A stretch of 64,000 nucleotides of DNA from Tubiluchus corallicola (lineage: Eukaryota; Animalia; Priapulida). The position numbers and the translations under genes are program-made. The notes beneath the pieces were generated by a model. It saw only the letters and a program-made list of their open reading frames with translations, was not told where the DNA came from and searched no databases. The stretch is taken from positions 186,001 through 250,000 of the forward strand of contig JAQGDQ010000075.1 of assembly GCA_030141605.1 (NCBI GenBank). The letters are read 5' to 3'. Positions 56,124-64,000 of the stretch are shown piece by piece; positions within the stretch are counted from its first letter, which is position 1, and the number at the start of each line of letters is the position of its first letter.

Positions 56124-59100
56124 CTGCAATGAAACAAACAGAGAAAGGGTTAAAGCAAATGAATGTCAGCTTTGCGTGACTGGTTTAGCTCGTCACATAG
56201 CATCATCCTGGTTTAGCCACTTAGTGTGACCTTGAGTCGTGGCAAGGTTATACGTGCTGACAGAAGCCTTGAAGCGAAACATTTAGCAGATGGCAGATCT
56301 ACGTGATGCACTAAGTAGTGCATACGAGAACTGAAAGTTTACAAAACACAACCCGCATGGGACCATCCTGACAGGACCATCAACAATGAAGAAGGCTAGG
56401 AAAACCAGTCATGAAGACACATTATTTATTTCTGTTTGTTGTTAACTAGCTTTTCTAGTGTTTCATTTAGGAATTCATCGCAGAACCCATAAGTTCCTAA
56501 TTACGCTAATTATCTACATCACTGTCCACAGACGATCCTGTGTCGATTATAAGGTGTTGAGTTAATTTTCAATGCTGTAATCCTTCTCACGCGTTTTAAA
56601 CTATTATTAGGGAACCCAGGTATCGTAAAACATCGCGAAATTAGCATCACAATTGAATTGTTTTATATTAAAGATACAAGGTTAAACATCACGCAATAGT
56701 TGGTAATCAAGAAAATCATATGCCGGTAAATTTTATTTCCATAACTTCAAAAGTCTTTGCGTTTAGTTTTCAACGGAGAAATGTTGGAGACACTATGCAT
56801 GCCGCAGGACGAAATGACGGATGTTAAATGCGTTAGAGCTATTGACAGCAATAAATATGTATTATAAAACCAATATTTTTATTATTACAATATCAATGCT
56901 TAACAAATTATGAAAACGATGACTTCAAAATCAGTGCCCTTAAGAATAAAATGAGAATAAAATTCACTGTGTAACTAATTAATAAGCAAATGATAAAACC
57001 ACTGCAAAGTGCAAATACACACAAAGTTCAAACGTATCATATTCACTGCGCTCAGAATGCACTAGCTTTCAATGCAACTGCCGATATGAAGCCAGTACAA
57101 ATCTGCGAGAAGCCAAACGCAAAAACCAGGGGGAGGCATACTAGTCTTCTCTTCCCACATTCAAAATCGATTCTGTTTGTTAGTTAAACACTTGCCAAGG
57201 TGCAAAGGGTTCGTGACATCACCGTGTTTAGATAGCAAGCGACAAAGTGCGATGACCAGGAAGACCTGCTTGACAGGAACCCTATTCTATCAACGCCCCG
57301 ATATGGAACCGCCTTCTAATAGCGGTAGCGTTATGGCATTTGGCGGCTCATCTGCACAAATAACGCTGGTCCTATATATAAAAGTACATCCGTAGCAAGC
57401 GATTATTGGGCAAATTGGTTTGATTGTATTTTTCAGAGAATCTAGTAGCGCGTTTAGTGGCTGCGGTAATATATGAAGTAAAAATAAAATAGCACAGTAT
57501 CAGGTTTTCCGCAGTTGTGGGTAAATATAGGGTTATTCAGTTACGGACAGCGTATTGAAAAATAGCTAAATACTAACCTAAAGTTACCAACTAGTTTAAC
57601 AGGAAATACATTTAACATTAACCGTACTTGAACCAGCATGTGCCGTTCCTGACTTTCACAATTTCCATTACTTGTACCATTTCTGCACAGCTTTCAGAGA
57701 CTTGGAGACGCATGTTTTCACATTTGAGACCACAAAACATTAATTTATTCGACATGCATCGAAATTCACAAGAACATCTGTAGTGTAGTGTATTCAACAG
57801 CTGTTCAAATTCACAATGTTCGAGGCAATCCTGAATGTGGAGATTCTTAATTAACATGATGTGTGCGTTACAACGTCTTTTAATGTTAGAGGCACGCATG
57901 CAGGTAGGCATAGGGACTTGACATTGTTACAAATGGTTGTCATTTTCTAATCGTTTGTCCTAAATTGCTCAGTGGAAAACATTGTCATCGTTAGCTCACA
58001 TTTTTCATCGATCACCTGAATATCGGCACAGTTTGTATACATGCATATATTATAATAATATATAGGTCTATGTTATAGGCAACTTGCAAAATTAAGACAT
58101 TTTGTAAAATCCCTAGGTATTCTACAGAATACCTATGGATTTCGGGAAAAGTGTGAAATAAATGTTTCGCCACCCTTACATTTTACCTAAACATTTTGTG
58201 TAACAGACAGGATCTGTATAAAACAGCAAAGTGTAAAATGTGGATAATCCGTGTTGAATCTATTTTTCCCAGTCATTTCATACAATACATAGGCATTATT
58301 GAATAGAAAGTGTAAAAGGCCTTATTCTATAATTAAATTAAGAAAGCAGTTCAAATTTAATTTAACTGCCATGGCAATAAACAAAATACAGAATATGGAG
58401 TTATACAACTGAGAACGACTCAAAAATTCGTCTTGCCATTGAAAAAAAACGTGCACCAATGCTTGACAACGTAGGCATTGGGAGGTCGGAAGCTACATAT
58501 GAGAGGTCCGTGCTGCATCTCCACGGATTAGATTTCAAGTATGGTTCATCACGGAGTTTAAATGCATGAAACTGAACCTTATCTGATGGTAAGTAGCTGA
58601 AAGATGGACTAAAAAGCCTACAAATATCACCTAATGTTAATTTTGGAAGTGGCCCATTTTAGAGGCTAGTGTTTAGTTGATCATGAATAAAAAATGAACG
58701 AATGAACTGAGAATTGTATACTCTGCCTAAATAAATTTCTTCGCTACATAAAATGCCTAGGAAAAGTGTAGAAAATTATTTTAGACACTTTATCTGGTTT
58801 GCTTAGGTACTCTGAAAAAGCCCTAAGCATTCTATAGAATACCAGTTTCACACTCTGCTTGTAACATGTACATTTCGTTATGTAGATCTATGATTGCAAA
58901 AAGATGAATACAGTCACGACGTATTGCAAGCGAATTTTGAGGGATAACCAATTTTCTTTTGAAGTCTAAGAAAATCTGCGAGTGGCTAGTCTTTTTTGTC
59001 ATATTGATTCTTGTACAGATAACACCTCTAACAGATCAAATTAGTGAAGTAAGTCATTAATTCTGCATGGCCAGTAATTGTAAGTATTATATATATAATA

Positions 59101-60881
59101 TATATACCCACGCACGCATTATATGCGCTAGTAGTGAAAATAATATGACAGATTAGTGTATCTATTTTCCATTATTACAGTTGGGAAAGGTGCTTAGAAT
59201 TCATGGACTTTGACAGACCTTATACTAAACAGCACCCTTGAGCTTTGTAAACAGGTACAACTGCATCAATTATATGGTTATGCCTTTCATCCCTACTATT
59301 TCCGGTGTAGAATATCAGACAACATTTAACGAAAATTTTCGCAATACTTCTTTAATAAAGTTTAACTAACATCTGATAAGCAACAAATTAATTGTGCAAC
59401 TCACAAGAGTAATCCATTAATGCAGAAATGTGAAATGGTATAGCAAAGTGGAGCATTTGGGAAATCAAGATACAGTATAAAGGCATTGTATCAAGTGTTT
59501 TAATTCAGTATGTATGTGCCACTTTAAGACTACCAGTAGGAAAGGAGTTAAAATTGCAGTCGTAATATTGCAGCTTATGACTGAACCTCCAGAACAAATT
59601 TACATAGTTTAATGAGCCATAGAGCACAGGAGATGTTCTTACGCTCTGCGTGTTCTTCTACTATGTAAATGTGTTAACTAATCAATGAATTGCATGCCAA
59701 TGGCTTTTTCTATTTTTAATTTTTATGCATACTAGTGTATATCTGTAATAACACAACATATTGTCATATAGTGAACAACGTTTAAATACTGTGAATAAGG
59801 CATTAAGATGTGTTTCGGTGCAACAAAAATCAACAATATTTATCTCTTATAAAGCAAAGTGTTGTGAGCGTTACTGCTTACACTTTTGCATCATTTGTTT
59901 ATCAAAAGATGAAATGTAACTGATTACTGTAACTGAGCTTGCAATAGCTTGATTTGCGTAATATAACAATATATTGTTATATATTGTAATTTTGTAAATG
60001 CAACTACAGCGGTCACTGCTTATAATAATAGATCTCAGAGTTAATAGTTTTCGGGCACAAAATGTGCAGAGCTGGTTAAAATTGAATATAATCACATTTA
60101 TTTTACTTTTTACCAGATTAACTAGCTAGAAGTTTTTGCTCATGTTTGCTAGAAGATGTGATAGCTCACCCTGTACGTGGGCTTAACTTGAAAAACTCGT
60201 ACATGCAAGAGCCCAACTGCAGCTTTCCCAATGTCCTACCGAAAATGATGTTTTTGATTTCAAAAACTTATAGCAGAATATTGTGTGGCTTTTTTGTGAA
60301 TAGCTTTTCTTTGTGAATAGTGTGAAAATGTCAGAAGTTGATGAATGAAAAATGGAAAATAAGACTTAATGGGTAGGACTCAATTCAGAAAGGTCTATCA
60401 CAGTCAGTCTTTTATCATAAAAACATGTCTTTTCTCTAGAGAGAAGACATTTTGTGCAAGTTTATTTTTCAATGAACGAATCCTTATATTTTCATTATCA
60501 TAGCTGGCATATTATTGAACTTATTTAATCTCTGCTGAGCGGACAAGTTGGCAGAATATCTTCTACTAAAAGTCTAAAAACTAATGTTTAATGCAGCAAC
60601 AGCAATGAATCAAATGATACTACATCTACATCAGTGATCTGCTGGCACAATATTTTGACAGGAATAATATTCCACGTAGGAGAAAAACACAGCAAGAATA
60701 AGAAAACTGATTATGCTTGATGCTTCATCATGATATCTAAATTAATATCCAAACAGCAATTTTCTAATTAAAGACATATAGTCATATAGATCCTATCCTG
60801 TGAATTTCAAAGTATTAACTTGTGTTATTTTTTACTTATTCTCCCTACTAACAAAAAAAAATCCTGCAGGTGAAAAAGTTA

Positions 60882-61209
60882 ATTATGAGATCCAATTTTT
60901 TATTTAAGCTTTTTTTCAGGTCTTTCTACTTCTAGTATTACGTCATAAATCGTATTTCGAAGACATTATGAGATCCAGTTTTTTATTTAAGCTTTTTCAG
61001 GTCTTTCTACTTCTAGCATTACGTCATAAATCGTATTTCGAAGGCATTATGGGATCCAATTTTTTATTTAAGCTTTTTTCAGGTCTTTCTACTTCTAGCA
61101 TTACGTCATAAATCGTATTTCGAAGGCATTATGAGATCCAATTTTTTATTTAAGCTTTTTTCAGGTCTTTCTACTTCTAGCATTACGTCATAAATCGTAC
61201 TTCGAAGGC
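60882..61209. repeat. Minisatellite of 4 near-identical 81-83 bp units
   Basis: Unit ATTATGAGATCCAATTTTTTATTTAAGCTTTTTTCAGGTCTTTCTACTTCTAGCATTACGTCATAAATCGTATTTCGAAGGC starts at 60882, 60965, 61046 and 61128. Confidence 0.95.
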
Positions 61210-62312
61210 AGGCAAATTGTCTCCTGTCTGTTGTTTAATCTGCTTGAGCGTACTTTTAGATAGAATTCACACTTATCAAGCCTCAGACATTAAATTATTT
61301 TCTCGCAAAAAGGTGTTCAGTATTCACACCGACGCTCTGTGAACTTCTACTTTCTTATGGTGCTTCGGGTAAACCGTTTATGTTAAAACCACTCTCTCCT
61401 CAAAGAAAATTTATGAGTGTGTACATAATCGCAGCAAACATTTCATTTTTCTTCACACAAGACAAAACACTTGGTCGTTTAGGGTTTATGTTATAAAAGA
61501 GAAGTCATGGATAAGAGTGTCAAAAAACGCTTTTTCCCACCCGGCTGCGGTGCACGAGTTTTTCCCCCAGAAAGAGTGATTTTAGTTCAATCAATTTTTA
61601 TTTAAATTGCGCCCACGCTAAATTCAATCTAGTGGACGTTAAAATCATAGTAAAAATGATTGATGTTTTTAATAAACGAAAAAATGAATGAATGAGTGAG
61701 TGAATGAATTAGCTCAAAATTCTAGGTTAAAATAGGACCAAATCACACATTATGCGCATGTACTGGAAGCCTATACGAAGTTTTATCATAATGATATCAG
61801 AAACATCAATGACAATTTACTAACAGAGCATGCCACAATGAATTTAACCGCCTACATGACCAAAAGCAATAAAGGAATTATTGGCTAATGGGTCTGGTAT
61901 TTGTAGTGTGCTAATGCATGATTAGATAGTTAGCTTAATTGTACATCTCTTATTTCAGTGATTTGGTCAACAAATGTCATGCTGATCATGTGACACGAGT
62001 GAGTAGCATATTGACACAGAGCAAGCGAAGGTTAATTATTTTGAGAAACTTTGATCGCGTTCATCTATCGTTGATGAATCTAATCGAACAATGAAAATGA
62101 AACGGGTGACGCAAATGGTGCAATAGTAACACAATTGCGTTTACTGATACGCACCGCTTTAAGGACGAGTCAGCATAGCCATCCTTGCAATTTCGAGGTA
62201 TTTCCAGGTGACAGGGCCCTGGAAGCCCTGGGAAGGAAATTTGCATCTTTTTTGGTCCCACTGCTACCTAGGAAAGTCTCCTGTCAGAAATGAATTGCCA
62301 TTTTTCGCATTT

Positions 62313-62600
62313 GACTGGATGGTTTAGTCCAGTGGTAACGCGTCCGCTTTCCGTCTGGGAGGTTGTGAGTTCCATACAGCGGTCGGGTCGTACCAAGGAT
62401 TTTAAAAATGTTGCATGCTGTTGCCTACCTGGCCGTGGTATTTAGGGTAAAAGTGGGGTAATAATATAGGTGTTTGTTATGTAAGTGTAGATTTGTTATT
62501 TACAGTCGGCGAAAAAAGCTCTTGAGCTTTTTGTTAATTGTTAATCTAACAGCCGAATTTAAATATTATTGTTGTTGTTGTTGTTATTATGATTATTATT
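62313..62600 (+). mobile_element. tRNA-derived SINE with a conserved central domain and a simple-repeat tail
   Basis: A-box-like TAGTCCAGTGGTAAC, degenerate B-box GAGTTCCATAC, central GGTCGGGTCGTACCAAGGATTTTAAAAATG..TGCTGTTGCCT, and an (ATT)/(GTT) tail at about 62566-62600. Confidence 0.65.
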
Positions 62601-62890
62601 CTTGTGGAACATGTGATAAAAATATAGAAATATGTTCGCATCTTTATTGAGGAAAAAGTAGCAAACATGCATAGAACTGAATACAGTCTATTTCTCTGCT
62701 ACATTTTATAAGCGCTCGAGCGCTAAAAAGTTTAAGAGGCAGAAGTTAAAATAAACTAATAATGATACTTAGTACAATAGTGATTATAAAATGTTTGCAA
62801 CGTAATCTCAGCGTCGCCATTATTGTCAGATTAAAGTGAACTTTTAAATTTCAACTTTTGCGGGTATTTATGACTCAATTACGCTCACTG

Positions 62891-62976
62891 AACAGCAACA
62901 ACAGCAGCAGCTTGCTATAGCAGCAGCAGTAGTAGTAGTAGCAACGACGACAAAGACAACAGCAATAGAAGCAGCT
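62891..62976. repeat. Compound trinucleotide tract (CAG/CAA/TAG)
   Basis: Direct observation. Confidence 0.7.
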
Positions 62977-63609
62977 GCCATTCCTGTACTTTCAAATTCA
63001 AAACAATGGTCTCGATTTCACCTGAGGTTTCATACATTCTAATATTTTTTACACCGAGTAATAATTTGGTTGGCTAACCTGTCGATGTAAAAATGGGTTC
63101 AGTTTGAAAGTGTAAAAAAATCATTAAGACAATTGATGTAGGATTCTAGCCTATCTTTTCGTATCCATACCAGTTCAACTAAAGCTTAAAATAAAAGTTA
63201 TATTTGTAAGTCATTAATTTCGCCTCGATCGTTCCTAACTGTAGAATGGCTATTTAAAAAACCATTTTCCCTACCTTCTAATACAGGAAGTTCGTTACAG
63301 AGAAATTATTTTCCTGTTCATTAATTACAACATTGCTCACTTTAAGAAGAACGTCAATAAATACTTATCACTAGCAAACCAACAAGAAGAATTTTTGTTT
63401 TCTAAACACTTACTCTGGCCTTGAATGGACACTAGCTTTTTCATGACGAACTGATAAAAAACCAAATCGTGGTCCTTCTAATAAATTACGTTGGCCAAGT
63501 CTAGCATACCCAATCTTAAACTAAATCTAACGTAATCTAAGCTAACCTGTATTAATGAACAGAGGGGTATCGTGCAAAAATTAGCCGGGGAGATTTTTGA
63601 AGGGTTTTG

Positions 63610-63612
<3 letters not shown>

Positions 63613-63654
<42 letters not shown>
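63613..63654. repeat. (TC)n microsatellite
   Basis: Direct observation. Confidence 0.95.
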
Positions 63655-63656
<2 letters not shown>

Positions 63657-64000
63657 AGCTATTCGGAAAAGAATATTCTTTCCCTTTCCATTCGCCTCAC
63701 ATCTTCCTCGACTAATTTAATTTCGGTTTCTCGCTGCCATTTTCCCCGTGTGACGTCACTGTCGCTGAAATTATTTTAAACAAACGGCGAAAATTTGATC
63801 AGTCTAGTGGCTGCACTCGCCAAGCATTCATTTCTCGGAAATTGGCTTCATTTTATCAGTAGCCTTTCAGCTGGAAATGTGGCCGGATTCATTTACATAT
63901 CAATAAGCATCAGCGTATGGAGCATTGTGCAACAACATCGGATATCTTATTTTTCCAAATTATACAAAAGCATTTTTCTACTTATCAATCATCGGAGACA

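Noticed and set aside
57618-57911. 97-aa Cys-rich minus-strand ORF as an RGS first exon
   Set aside because: No recognisable homology, and in this frame the nearby donors do not match the phase-0 acceptor at 56123.
60882-61209. Regular repeats superficially like a CRISPR array
   Set aside because: Units are contiguous and near-identical with no unique spacers; the context is eukaryotic and there are no cas genes.

Overview
Eukaryotic (invertebrate animal-like), AT-rich, intron-containing genomic DNA; there are no prokaryotic features. Exons were spliced by hand using GT-AG boundaries and frame/phase consistency. From left to right: (1) the last 12 coding exons of an ELYS/AHCTF1 nucleoporin gene (+, stop at 8502); (2) a complete 620-aa CFAP206 whose CDS has no introns (+); (3) two glutathione S-transferase kappa paralogues arranged head-to-head (18572-24423 on -, 38984-44809 on +), with identical intron positions but different C-termini (only the + copy ends in the peroxisomal signal SKL); (4) the 3' five coding exons of an RGS3-like R4-family regulator of G-protein signalling (-). 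Introns and intergenic DNA carry many transposon-derived sequences: a young 5'-truncated CR1/L2-group LINE with an intact 674-aa RT ORF, several decayed LINEs, a hAT-type non-autonomous element with an 8-bp TSD, a second TIR element, tRNA-derived SINEs, a ~646-bp perfect (GA)n array and two minisatellites. The best-supported point of interest is the apparent partition of organelle targeting between the two GSTK paralogues. I found no strongly supported wholly new system; the unexplained signals (hairpin cluster, decayed coding-like tracts) are reported at modest interest.
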